A stretch of 64,000 nt of DNA, taken from Octopus bimaculoides. Lineage: Eukaryota. Each line of letters begins with the position of its first letter. Position 1 is the stretch's first letter. The DNA lies in the NCBI RefSeq assembly GCF_001194135.2, contig NC_068990.1, positions 28,896,028 through 28,960,027 on the forward strand. The letters are read 5' to 3'. This document shows, piece after piece, positions 24,768 to 37,135 of the stretch. The translations under genes were made by a program, and so were the position numbers. The notes under the pieces were generated by a model that saw only the letters and a list, made by a program, of their open reading frames with translations, was not told the DNA's origin and ran no database searches.

Positions 24768-24995
24768 ATTTTACTCTTCTACTGTTTTAATTATTTCAGT
24801 CATTTGGCTGCGGCCATGCTAGAGCACCACCTTTAGTCGAGCAAATGGACCACAGCGCTTATTCTTTGTAAGCCTAGTACTTATTATATCGGTCACTTTT
24901 GCCGAACCGCTATGTTATGGAGACGTAAACACACCAGCAACGATTATCAAGCGATGTTGGGGAGACAAACACAGACACACAAATATATATACAAA
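24768..24995 (-). mobile_element. SINE family B, 3' portion
   Basis: TTCAGTCATTTGGCTGCGGCCATGCTAGAGCACC...GCCGAACCGCTATGTTATGGAGACGTAAACACACC. Confidence 0.9.
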
Positions 24996-25002
24996 TATAT
25001 AA

Positions 25003-25110
25003 CTGCAAACTCGACCTCGGCGGAATTTGAAATCAGAACGTAAAGACAGACGAAATACCGGTAAGTATTTCGCCCGACGTGCTAACGTTTCTGCCAGTTC
25101 GCCGCCTTTA
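25003..25110 (-). mobile_element. SINE family A, head fragment
   Basis: CGACCTCGGCGGAATTTGAAATCAGAACG...GCTAACGTTTCTGCCAGTTCGCCGCC. Confidence 0.9.
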
Positions 25111-25446
25111 AGAATTCAAATATTGAGAGACGAAAACATACATTTATACATACATACATGCGTACATTGCATAGGCATGGATTCGCTATATATTCTAAGT
25201 AATAAGCACGTATAGCTCCACCTCAGTTAAAGGTTCGAGTGCTGCTAAAAGTATTGGTTGCTTACAATGCGATTCATAGAGTATGTAGTTCAATTGCTCT
25301 AAATACTGATAGAATGATGGGCGCAAGTGAGGGATACTAATTTGGAATTAAATATACACGTGTGTTTCTGTGTGCATGAAAGTATTATAGATAGAGAGAT
25401 TCATAGAGGTACGTATGCAGTCCTACTGGTCACCCTCACGGTCTTG

Positions 25447-25480
<34 letters not shown>

Positions 25481-25560
25481 ATACACACACTCGTATGTGG
25501 TTCTGTGTGTGAGTCAGTATTTGTGTGTGTGCGTGTGTGTGTGTGTATGTTTGTGCCTTG

Positions 25561-25833
25561 GTGAAAGGCACAAGGCTAAGTAATGATCAGAGTCAACTCA
25601 CGATCGCAACGTGTCTTGAGCAAGACGCATTATTTAATGTTCCTCCCGTCCACTGTAACTGTAATTCAAAGGCCCACCTTTTCACAGATTGTGTCACAAT
25701 GAATTACCCTGAGAACTACGTTAAGGGTACACATCTGTGGAGTACACAGCCACTTGCTCATTAATTTCACAAGCAGGCTGTTCCGTTCATCGGACCACCT
25801 GGAACACTCGTCATCGTAGCCGACTTAGTGCTA
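25561..25833 (+). mobile_element. Chimeric SINE: family D head (CORE-like CTTGAGCAAGAC) plus family C body/tail
   Basis: GTCTTGAGCAAGAC...then CTGAGAACTACGTTAAGGGTACAC...CAGCCACTTGC...GCAGGCTGTTCCG, shared with 35025-35404. Confidence 0.75.
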
Positions 25834-26867
25834 TTTTTTACATGTAAGCTATATACTATTTCAAGAAGAGTGGTGACAGTGACTTCGAAATTTTGGTCCA
25901 CGGCCCTTCGTCAGATAAAAGCTAGCGGACTGCGAAGACTTGCAGGCAGAATCTCTTCGACGTCACTCTCACATCTCCTGAAATAGAGTATGAAAATATT
26001 TCCCCATAAAGTACTCAGTAATTATTCAGTTTAAAGTGTAGAGTTCAATAAAAATCATGTTTGTTTGGTAGTAGAACTATATACAGAAGGAGATATATTT
26101 AAGAATTTACAAAACATTGTAGAGGAATAACTAACCTTTCTGACATTTTCTCTTGTGTGTAGCTAAGGAATATTTGCTATCTTAAGAATATCTTATGAAT
26201 ATCCTGTTTGCTTCTATTCACACATTAATATACTTTATTTCCTTATTTGAGGCGACATCGCATTAGCTTTTGAATTAGAAGCCAAGATTTTGGTCGAGGA
26301 TCGTGTCAGTGAATTTTATGTCTGTCGTGTCGAAATTATCCGTGGCAAATTGTCATGTTTATTAAAATAAATTGTTTACTAAATTGTAATATAAGAAATT
26401 GTGTTTCCCACACAGTGAAGTTTTTAAGGCGTTGGATTGAATCCCCTGCTGTATTCGTTCTGACTGGTTGCCTGGCTGGATAGCTTGTTGTGTCGTAACG
26501 GTAATGTGATAAAATATTTAATATGGTAGGAGAAAGCAGCAACGAGAGTCCAAATGGAAATTTAGATTAGTTATATAAATACTAATTAGGAGAGAGAGAG
26601 AGAGAGACATACAGACAGATAGACAGAGAAAGAGAGAGAGAGAAATGTCAGGTAGTCAGCTTATGAAACATGTAGTACGGCAAGCAGAGAATATGTAAAA
26701 TAAGTAAAGTAAGGAAATTGACATTTCTAGGATCATATCGGGAATAAACCGGTTATGTTCGAAGATGGTGATATGGCTGACCTTTGCCATGATTACGTAA
26801 TTAGAGGAGGTCTTGAGAATCAGCTGCAATGCTTAGGATAAGGCATATATCTTTATTCTTTTCTTCT

Positions 26868-27070
26868 CTAGGCAAAAGGCCCAAAATTTGGGGGAGAGGG
26901 CCAGTTGATTAGATCGATCTCAGTACGCAACTGGTACTTAACGTATCGGCCTCGAAAGGATGAAAGCCAAAGTCGACCTCGGGGAAATTTGAACTCAGAA
27001 CGTAAAGACAAACGAAGTACCGCAAAGCGTTTCTTCCGGCGTGCTAACGATTCTGCCAGCTCACCGACTT
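26868..27070 (-). mobile_element. SINE family A
   Basis: GAAAGGATGAAAGCCAAAGTCGACCTCGGGGAAATTTGAACTCAGAACG...GCTAACGATTCTGCCAGCTC. Confidence 0.9.
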
Positions 27071-27266
27071 AGTTGACTCCAGTTCTTGATTAAAAGTTTC
27101 AGTGTTTGCCAATCCAAGCTGAATGAATAGAAAAGTTGAACTCGGAGGAGACAACATCAAATTCCTCCCTCTAAATTTGATGTTGTCTCCTCCGAGTTCA
27201 ACTTTTCTATTCATTCACCTTGGATTGGCAAACACTGAAACTTTTAATCAAGAACTGGAGTCAACT
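27071..27266. repeat. Near-perfect long inverted repeat (93-bp arms, 10-nt spacer)
   Basis: 27071-27163 is the reverse complement of 27174-27266 with a single mismatch. Confidence 0.97.
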
Positions 27267-27941
27267 TAATCCATTTACCCAATTCCCAAAACACGTGACC
27301 TTCATTCTATGTAATAAATTGTTACCAAGGCTTGCCGAAAGATTTTTCATGGGTTTGTCGTGAACGGCCATGGTTGTTTTCAGACTTTTAGTTGGCCCTT
27401 ATTTTATACATTCCGAGTAATATAATACTATCCCAAGTTACTCTGGTGGTAGAAAAAATTGGGGAAGTGTATCATATATGATGGATGGATGCCTGAGACA
27501 TATGTTTCGCGTTTCACATGTGATAAAGAAGTGAAACAAAGAATTAAAACCAGATTGGTATTCGTCAATATATAATGAGAAACTATAGATATATTGTTTT
27601 GTGGTAATTGCTTCAGATCTATGCTCTTTCAGTTCAAATCCGGCCGAACTAATTCAATATTCTGGAAGTCTAAAAATACCAGTTCTATAATGGAGTGGTA
27701 CGCCTCTGTTTCTCTCAGTTTCCGTCTGACAGTCTCCTTCTGCCAGAAATTGACTGTGGTTACTCCTGGGGAAGGAGTAACCAGGTGAAAAAATATCCGA
27801 GAAACACCGCGTATATCATAAACGCTACTAACTTATTATCGAGATGAGGAGTTATGGTAAGAAAAGGCAATTGTCTTTGGGAATATGGACAGAGACATTT
27901 TTACTTGTTGTGAGCTTAGGATGTTTGTTTCTGATGTGTGC

Positions 27942-28006
<65 letters not shown>

Positions 28007-28236
28007 AGTATCATAATTGGTGAGCTCAGTTTTCTTCAAATAAATAGGAAAAACGAAATGAAATTCAATACGAAAAGTGATGGAACTTCATATGAAAAAT
28101 ATATAATGGTAAATTTATGTGGAATATATTTTTATTGCTAATTTTCCTTATAATCATGACTTGAGTATTTCCCCAAATGGTCGTCACACATTTCCATACC
28201 CACCTACCTACCTACCTCCCTACATACATTCATACA

Positions 28237-28276
<40 letters not shown>

Positions 28277-28737
28277 GCATATGTCTGTGTGCGTGTATGA
28301 TTCTGGTTTATGTGTCTTTGCGTCAGTGGAGTGTGTATGTATACACACTAAAACGTACACAAATATACATTACTGCTTGTTCTTATGTCGAGTAATATAT
28401 AAACACTGCTGAACATTAAAATGAAGGTTAATATGATGTTTTAGTTGAGTACTTATGAACTTTCTGCAGTAAAAATGTTTACAGTGACTTCGAATTGTTG
28501 ACCTGCTTTCCTATCTCGGGGAGTCGGATGAGTGAAAACAGTCCGAAACGTCAGTCATTGCCAACATTTTCCTTATCAATATTACTACACGCACACTGAC
28601 ATACACGCACACTGACATACACTAACACACACACACGTACGCACACACATATATATTTTTCTCTTTCTCTCTCTCTCGCTATACATATATGTTTATATAT
28701 ATACATATTTATATATATATATATTTATATATATACA

Positions 28738-28777
<40 letters not shown>

Positions 28778-29270
28778 NNNNNNNNNNNNNNNNNNNNNNN
28801 NNNNNNNNNNNNNNNNNNNNNNNNNNNNNNNNNNNNNNNNNNNNNNNNNNNNNNNNNNNNNNNNNNNNNNNNNNNNNNNNNNNNNNNNNNNNNNNNNNNN
28901 NNNNNNNNNNNNNNNNNNNNNNNNNNNNNNNNNNNNNNNNNNNNNNNNNNNNNNNNNNNNNNNNNNNNNNNNNNNNNNNNNNNNNNNNNNNNNNNNNNNN
29001 NNNNNNNNNNNNNNNNNNNNNNNNNNNNNNNNNNNNNNNNNNNNNNNNNNNNNNNNNNNNNNNNNNNNNNNNNNNNNNNNNNNNNNNNNNNNNNNNNNNN
29101 NNNNNNNNNNNNNNNNNNNNNNNNNNNNNNNNNNNNNNNNNNNNNNNNNNNNNNNNNNNNNNNNNNNNNNNNNNNNNNNNNNNNNNNNNNNNNNNNNNNN
29201 NNNNNNNNNNNNNNNNNNNNNNNNNNNNNNNNNNNNNNNNNNNNNNNNNNNNNNNNNNNNNNNNNNNNNN

Positions 29271-29319
29271 ATTATTATTATTATTACTATTATTATTATT
29301 ACTATTATTATTACTATTA

Positions 29320-29399
<80 letters not shown>

Positions 29400-29404
29400 T
29401 ATTA
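29271..29404. repeat. (ATT)n microsatellite
   Basis: Directly visible; abuts a gap. Confidence 0.95.
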
Positions 29405-30444
29405 ATTACTCATTTATTCATTTATTTATTTTGGATGGGCACGGGGTGAAATTTCGGAAGTATATCTCGGTTTTGTTCAGCACACCACAGCCATGTATAA
29501 CCCTATTGATTATGAACTGTTGCATGTATATTGTTATGAAAATAAAATGTCACGTGGTCGCTGCCATATCTATCACTGATTCTAAAAAGGAATTAAACTT
29601 TCGTCTGCTAAACCTACTGTTTTCTTTATTCGTCTTTTTCCTTCTTCTTCTGTTTGTTCCTTTTTGCTCTCTATTCTGATATGAATGTATTTGATTCTGC
29701 TCGTTTATTGATTCTTGGATGTAATAATAAAATATCTCCGGCATCGGTGGCTTCCATAAGATAAGTAAATAATCTTTGACAAATTACAACCGCAAAATCA
29801 AAAATAAAGATTTTAAAAAATACACACACGTACAGAAATAACATCAACGTTTTCTGTTAAAACCATAAATATCTGATAAATAGAGAGAACTCAAAGGAGA
29901 ATGCAATGAAGAATAATTGTAGGACAGCCGAAAATTCAATTATCTGAAGAGGAAAATAAGCTGTCGTTACAAAGTTGTAATTCAAAACCGAGGAAAATTT
30001 AGAAGGCAATCTTGGAAAACTCCATTACTTATCTAAGTTTAGTGACTTAAAATGGATGAGAAGCAAAGTATGTTGAACGTTTCTATGTCAAGTTAAGTTT
30101 TGAGTTTGGTGAAAATATACTCGAAAACTTTTAATCACATTTTCATTCTTAGAAGCCTTTTGATGACGGTAGAAGTTAGTGAAATACTAGATCACCGAAA
30201 TAAATTTAGTATTTAGCAAATAAAAAGTAGAAAACTAATAAACAAAATAGTGTTCTTCATCGGCATAAATCAGTCATTTTTCTCATTTGGATACGTTCAC
30301 TTGCAGTGGGAGGTTTCTATATTATTTTCTCCGAACGACGTCTCTGGCATAGAAAGTATTCCTACCTTCGTCTTCTCATGACATACAAACTTATTCACGT
30401 ATTCACGTTAGTAATAAATTGCATATCCAATAGTTGTGTCTTTT

Positions 30445-30845
30445 TAATGCGGCGAGCTGGCAGAAACGTTAGCACGCCGGGCGAAATGCTTAGCGGTATT
30501 TCGTCTGCCGTTACGTTCTGAGTTCAAATTCCGCCGAGGTCGACTTTGCCTTTCATCCTTTCGGGGTCGATAAATTAAGTACCAGTTACGCACTGGGGTC
30601 GATGTAATCGACTTAATCCGTTCGTCTGTTCTTGTTTGTTCCCTCTATGTTTAGCCCCTTGTGGGCAATAACGAAATAGGTATTTCGTGTCTTTACATCC
30701 TGAGTTCAAATTCCGGCGAGGTCGACTTTGCCTTTCATCTTTTCGGGAACGATAAATTAAGTACCAGTTTCGTATTGGGATCGATCTAATCGACTGGCTC
30801 CCTCCTCAAAAATGTTGTGCTCTGTGCCTAGAGTAGAAAAGAATA
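30445..30845 (+). mobile_element. Young SINE family A copy followed by a second, 5'-truncated copy
   Basis: GGCGAGCTGGCAGAAACGTTAGCACGCCGGGCGAAATGCTTAGC...GAGTTCAAATTCCGCCGAGGTCGACTTTGCCTTTCATCCTTTCGGGGTCGATAAATTAAGTACCAG; the core repeats at about 30690-30790. From memory the central motif resembles the MetaSINE/Sauria-type conserved domain (unverified). Confidence 0.95.
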
Positions 30846-31011
30846 AATTGGGTATCCAGTATTTGTATGTCTTTCCTGTCTTCAACAAGGGATTGGTTTA
30901 CTTTTTTTAAGTAGATACCAATATTATGTCAGAAATCGTTGGTATTTCCTGATCATAATGTCTCCTTGGGAAGAGGACAGGTGAGACCGTAGCCTGAATA
31001 CGTTCACCTGT

Positions 31012-31231
31012 TTTATCTCTTACTTGTTTCGGTTATTAGACTACGGCCATGCTGGAGCAACGCCCTGAGGCCTTTTTAGTCGAACGACTCAACCCAAGTA
31101 CTTATGTTTTTTTGCCTGATACTTATTCTAATCGGTCTCTTTTGCCGAACGGTTAAATTACATAGACGTAAACACACCAACACCGGTTGTCAAGCCGTGG
31201 TTGGGATAAACACAAACACAAGTTCACACGT

Positions 31232-31276
<45 letters not shown>

Positions 31277-31480
31277 CGACCAGCTTCTTTCAGTTTCCGT
31301 CTACCGAATCCACTCACAAATTACTCACGGCCCGAAGCTATAGTGGAAGAGAAATCATCGTGGAAGAGAAATCATCGTGGAAGAGAAATCATCGTGGAAG
31401 ACACTTGCCCAATGTTCCACAAAATGGGACTGAACCCGTAACCATGTGGTTGGGAAACAAATCTCTTGTCACACAGCACC
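31012..31480 (-). mobile_element. SINE family B, near full length, with internal (TA)n
   Basis: Tail, (TA)n spacer, CORE-like GAAGACACTTGCCCAA and tRNA-like head, all in reverse orientation. Confidence 0.9.
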
Positions 31481-32211
31481 TTTTGAGCGTTTTTTGATTA
31501 TGAATTTAATTCCATTCCTCGTTGGTTGCCATTGTATTTTCAAGCATTACAAAATCACCAAATTCATTTCCATCTACCCAACTCTAACGATTATTTTTAT
31601 CTTTCCCCTTCTGCTCTTCGTCGTTCACTCTCTCCTTATCTTTCACTATTACAAATTTCCCGACAATTACAACTGCCCTCTATTGGCAGAGACATGAAAG
31701 TATTGTCACAGCAAGTAAACACCTCATGTCATTTAGTTATGAATCATTTTAAAATCTTAATTCTGATCACGTTTGTATTTCTTCCAACCTAATTCAGTAT
31801 AATAAGCACCAGTTTTATATTGGAGTCGATTTAATCAAGTAACCCCGTTTCCATAATTTGCACTCATTTTGATATATTTACGGTTGAAACCATTTGACTA
31901 CGGCTTTGCTGGAGCAACACTTTAAGAGATTTCAGTTGATTATGCTTCGATTGCTACACTACTTTCTATTGTTTTATCGCCAATCATGTTTTGACAAATC
32001 TAGAAACAATGTCACTCCAACCATCGATTGGTGGAATCGTTACAAAGTCAGACAAAATACTTCAGCCATTATTTCCAGTGCATTACGTCCTAAGATGAAA
32101 TCTAACCGAGGTCACCATTCCCTTTCATTATTCCGTCGTCGATATAATACAATATTAGTCAAGTACAGATGTCGCTGGTATCGGCGAAGCACCTCCCACT
32201 AAGTTTAGATT

Positions 32212-32421
32212 TTTTTTATTTACTTGTTTCAGCCATTAGAGTGCGGCCATGCTGGGGCAACGCCTTGAAGAATATCTAGTCGAAAGAATCAAACCCAGAA
32301 CTCATTCTTTTTCTTTTTTTTAAGCGTGGTACTTATTTTATCGGTGTCTTTTGCCGAACCGCAGATAAAGCACACCAAGAACGGTTGTCAAGAGGAGGGT
32401 CGGGAGATATCCAGACACGAA

Positions 32422-32463
<42 letters not shown>

Positions 32464-32638
32464 AACAACACAGGTTTCTTTCAGTTTCCGTTTACCAAAT
32501 CCACTCAAAAGATTTTGATCGGTCCGAGGACACAGTAGAAAACACTAGATCTTGGTGCCAAGCAATGGAGCGGAACCCGAAACTATGTGGTTGGGAGGCA
32601 ATTAATCTTCTTACCACAAAGCCACACCTACACTTACC
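32212..32638 (-). mobile_element. SINE family B, near full length, with internal (CA)n
   Basis: Same modules as 31012-31480; the head ends in TTCTTACCACAAAGCCAC. Confidence 0.9.
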
Positions 32639-33140
32639 CACACAGCCACGCTAGCGCCTATCCACACAGCGATGATAGCGGCTATCCACACAACCACGCC
32701 AGCGCCTATCCACACAGCCACGTCAGCGCCTACCCACACAGCCACGCCGGTGTCTATCTACACAGCCACGCCAGCGCCTATCCACACAACTATGCCAGCG
32801 CCTATTCGCACAGTCACGCCATCGCCTATCCATACAGCCACGCTAGCGCCTATCAACACAGTCACGTCAGCGCCTATCCACACAGCTATGCCAGCGCCTA
32901 TACACAGCTATGCCAGCGCCTATCCACACAGCTATGCCAGCACCTAGCCACACAGTCACGCCAGCGCCTATCCATACAGCCACGCTAGCGCCTATCCGCA
33001 CAGCCACGCCAGCGCCATTGCAAACAGTCACGCCAGCGCCATTGCAAACAGCCACGCCAGCGCATATCCACACAGGCACGCCAGCGCCTATCCACACAGC
33101 TACGCCAGTGCCTATCTACACAGCTACGCCACTACGCAAG
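32615..33140. repeat. 24-bp minisatellite, about 21 units (CACACAGCCACGCCAGCGCCTATC)
   Basis: Directly visible tandem units starting at the 5' terminus of the adjacent SINE B. Confidence 0.95.
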
Positions 33141-33518
33141 AGGAAATACGAACATAGATTTAAGAAATTCGCTCCACAACAATGAAGTCTGAAGGGAAAT
33201 TACACAGCAGGACGTCCTGTGTAGATATTGTCTTCTATGACGTCCAGCTTATGCGTACCTAATGAGTTAAAATGGTTTTAGACAGATTTTATAGAAGCCT
33301 GTCATGCGGATTGTACCACTAACTGAGAATTTATTGCTGTGTAACGCTGATTCCGTTTGAGAATTATGGTAAGGATATATGTGTCTGTGGAACATTCAAC
33401 TAGAGACGTTAATTCTGGACGAAGTGATTGAGTTGAGCGTATCAGTGAGTCTTTGTAGTTGAACGACGGATATCCAAGACCATAAAGACTACCGCGGCCA
33501 CCAAGATTTATCGATAGG

Positions 33519-33579
<61 letters not shown>

Positions 33580-34133
33580 TATCTATATGACTGCAGTGAG
33601 TCCTGAGATCTTGTTGATATACTGACCTTCCCAATGTAGAACAATATCTGTTTGTGCACCGGGTTTTACACCAAGAATCTTGCAACATGAAGGTATGTGC
33701 ATGTGTGTGTGTGAGTGTGTGTATGTTAATATTATATATTCATAAAAATATATACGTAACAACAAATGTAGACGTAAAAGAAGTGAGAGGGGAAATCGAG
33801 AGAAAAAAAATGAAAGACGGCCAACCGTAGAAGGGGAAGGAGATGACGATATTTATGATCATCTGCCTAAAACATTTCATAACAACCTTTCACAATTTTT
33901 TTTTTTCTTGACGAGTTCCTCAATACGAAATGTTGATTAAGAGACATTTATTTCAAAACAAACATTATTGATTTCAGTTGAAGTTTTCAGGGATCAGAAG
34001 CAACATATTTGAAGCTTCTAGCTTCTCACACCAGGCCTTTTAAACTCGTTAAAAGTTATCAGTAGGACAGCCGACAGCTTCTTTTTCTCGAAACATCAAC
34101 ACTGCTGTGTTTTGTATACAAACGGAAAATAAA

Positions 34134-34176
<43 letters not shown>

Positions 34177-35024
34177 GTAAGTAAAGAAACATTCACAGCT
34201 TCACATTGGCTAATGTGTTGATTTTTTTCCTAAGAAAAGTGTCGAAATAAAAAAAGAATTCAGCGGAATGGAAATGTGAAGAAGCGGGTGGGAAAATTCT
34301 GCTTTATTCATATTTTGTTGAAGTCAAGAGAACAGCTACGTCCATTAAATACAAGACAGGAAGTGCTCTAAAACTGATTTGTACAAACGAAAAGTGAAGA
34401 TGTATGCATATGTCTGTATGTCTACTTGTACATAAGCATTGACACACTTATATACATACATATGTATATACATAAGTAACTTTGTTTGATATATATACAC
34501 GTATAAATATGTGTGTGTGTATGTGTTTATGCATGTATACTTGTATGTACATCGTAATTTTAACTGTATAAAAAAGAAGAAACAGTAACTAGAAGATGAA
34601 TCTGAAAGACGAAGTAGAGTTTAAAATTTATTTTAAAAGCAATACCAGTGACTTCGAAGTGTGACCTGATGGATAGTGATTTTTAAAAAAACACCCAAGG
34701 TACCTTATATAATGAAGCAGAAAAGGGGCAGTAGTGAGCGATATGATGAAATTAAAGCAAATTTTAAGTCAGGAAGATGAACTCATGTACATATGACTGT
34801 TATATATATAATTCAATACGAAGTGTTGGAGTTACGGAGAAATTTAATAGAAATAAATGAAGGAATAAGAAAGGAAGAACTATTTATTACATATCCTAAC
34901 AGTTGTATCGAGTATAACAAATTTGAAGTATTGTGCCTGGACCTCTATTACTTACAACAAAGAGTTTTGAAGAAATATATATGATACACTTTTTGCTATA
35001 TATATACAATATAATGAACCGAAT

Positions 35025-35404
35025 GTGGAGGTGCAATGGCCCAGTAATTAGAGCAGTGGGCTCGCGGTCGTAGGAAAACGGTACCGATTCCCAGACCGGG
35101 CGTTGTGTGTGTTTATTGAAGAAAAACACCTAAAGCTCCACGAGGCTCCGGCGGTGGGGGGCCTGAACCCTGCTGTACTCTTTCACCACAACTTTCTCTC
35201 ACTCTTCCTGTTTCTGTTGTACCTGTATTTCAAAGGGCCAGCCTTGTCACACTCCGTGTCACGCTGAATCTCCCCGAGAACTACGTTATGGGTACACGTG
35301 TCTGTGGAGTGCTCAACCACTTGCACGTTAATTTCACGAGTAGGCTGTCCCGTTGGTCAGATCAACTGGAACCCTTGTCGTCGTAACTAACGGAGTGCCA
35401 CAAC
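35025..35404 (+). mobile_element. tRNA-derived SINE family C, full length
   Basis: A-box-like TGGCCCAGTAA, degenerate B box, body CCCCGAGAACTACGTT..GGGTACACGTGTCTGTGGAGTGCTCAACCACTTGCACG; homologous to 25561, 41561 and 60065. Confidence 0.85.
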
Positions 35405-36134
35405 CGAACGAATCGCATTTCATCACATAAAGTAGTTTAGTAAAATTTTCACAACACTATTTTAGCAACATAGAGAATTAAATAAAAACATGAGGCATTT
35501 AACAATATTATTGTGTTGTTAAATAAACTCGTTAGCATTTTTCTATTTTTTCTTATATATTTTAATCCTTTCCAATATTATTTCAATTAAACACGAAAAT
35601 ATTGTTATCGTATCTTTTATGGTTGTTTGTAGCTCATTTTTCTCCACACCTGTTGTTTATCTTTGTTAGAATTTCAATATATCTTACCTCACATTACATA
35701 ACGATGATAAATTTCCAAGTAATAAACTAAAATGAACAAATTTCGTGACAAGCCAATACTATATCCTATTTACTATATATTGGTCTAAGAAAACAATATT
35801 CGATCGACAAAATATATTTATATAGTGATACTATATTAAATCCAACATTGTCTTGATCCCTTAAGTCCTGATGGAGCCATACAGGCGTAAAATCCCCTAT
35901 CGTGACAAACGATATATCTGTCATTTTAAACATAACAGAAGCCATCCGTTACCTCCTCTGACTTCATCCGCTTTCCTTTAACGCATTATCGGGTTAGTAA
36001 CATCATTAAGCAAACGTATCATATAAGTGTAAGTCGTTATAATTGCACTGCATCAATATTAACAAACGGCAAAGTGATTAGTGAAGCTCTGCATCAACAT
36101 GACTTGAATTATTTAGTAAAATTAATTAGAGGTA

Positions 36135-36350
36135 TACAGTGAACTTGCTAAGTGGAGTAGAAAATCCAACGCTCCGAACAGATTCCTTCTTCAGGAAAAA
36201 GTTGCAAGTAGAGAAATTAATGAGACGCAGCAGAAGGTGTAAAGCCCTGATGCCTCTCATTAATTTCTTCCTTTTCAACGTTTTTTTTTTCTGAAGAAGG
36301 ATTATACCCGAAGCGTTGAAGTTTTCACTCCCAATGGCAAGTTCACTGTA
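36135..36350. repeat. Imperfect inverted repeat (about 95-bp arms), each arm with a decayed hammerhead-like core (Penelope-like terminus)
   Basis: Outer TACAGTGAACTTGC/GCAAGTTCACTGTA and inner AGAAATTAATGAGA/TCTCATTAATTTCT. CTGAAGAAGG...GAAGCGTTG at 36291-36318 has its inverse at 36161-36200. Confidence 0.8.
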
Positions 36351-36392
36351 CTTATTCCATCCATTTTATTGTATCATTAATAGTTATAGTAA

Positions 36393-36615
36393 TGTGAGGA
36401 GATGGCAGAATTGTTAGCGGCATTTCGTCCGGGTTTACGTTCCGAGTTCAAATTCCACCGAGATTGACTTTACGTTTACTCCTCTCGAGGTCGATGTAAT
36501 ATATACCAGAAGAGCACCAGGGTCGATGAAATTAGTACCACATGGGCACAGGGGGTCGATGTAATCGACTAGCCCCCACCCTCCTCGAACATTTCAGTGT
36601 TTGTGCGTATATTAT
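36393..36615 (+). mobile_element. SINE family A with internal duplication of the GGTCGATG...TACCA module
   Basis: GAGTTCAAATTCCACCGAG followed by three GGTCGATG motifs. Confidence 0.8.
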
Positions 36616-37100
36616 AAAATATCATATATTAATACTAATTTACTTGCAAGAGTATTAAAGAAAATATGTTAAAGTTATACCTGTGAGCCGAACCGAAACA
36701 ACTACAGTGACTTTAAACAAACATTCTACTAAGTTTCTGTTTTATATTGATCTAAAATAATATAAGTAGATTAGATCAGCAAAATATCTTATAGTTAAAT
36801 AATGATATAATATTATGGTTGTGGCATTAAATAAAAATACCATAGAGTTATATAATGATCTGAAAATAGAGTTAGTGACATCAACAAACACATTTTGGGC
36901 TGCTTTCGATCGATATGTTTGTCTGTAGCAGGCCACCGAGGAGACGAAACACTCTGATTTGGAAAGGTAATAAAATAATAAAATAAAATAAGATACATGT
37001 AAATGAAGCTTGTTGTCAGGACAAGCAGTCTAACTTAGTATTAGAGTCGCTAATAAAAAAAATGCAGAGAGAATAACCAGTTTAGTTCAGTCTTGTCTTG

Positions 37101-37135
<35 letters not shown>

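Noticed and set aside
27594-27790. Protein-like frames on both strands with splice-like sites, and an 11-bp hairpin at 27757-27783
   Set aside because: The sequence contains degenerate SINE A (GTTCAAATCC...AAAATACCAGTT) and SINE B (CAGTTTCCGTCT) motifs; the hairpin is too short to interpret.
32587-33185. His/Ala/Pro/Thr-rich repeat ORFs (HSHASAYP, TATPAPIH)
   Set aside because: They are a by-product of a 24-bp minisatellite derived from the SINE B head; several frames are open and there is no splice or start context.
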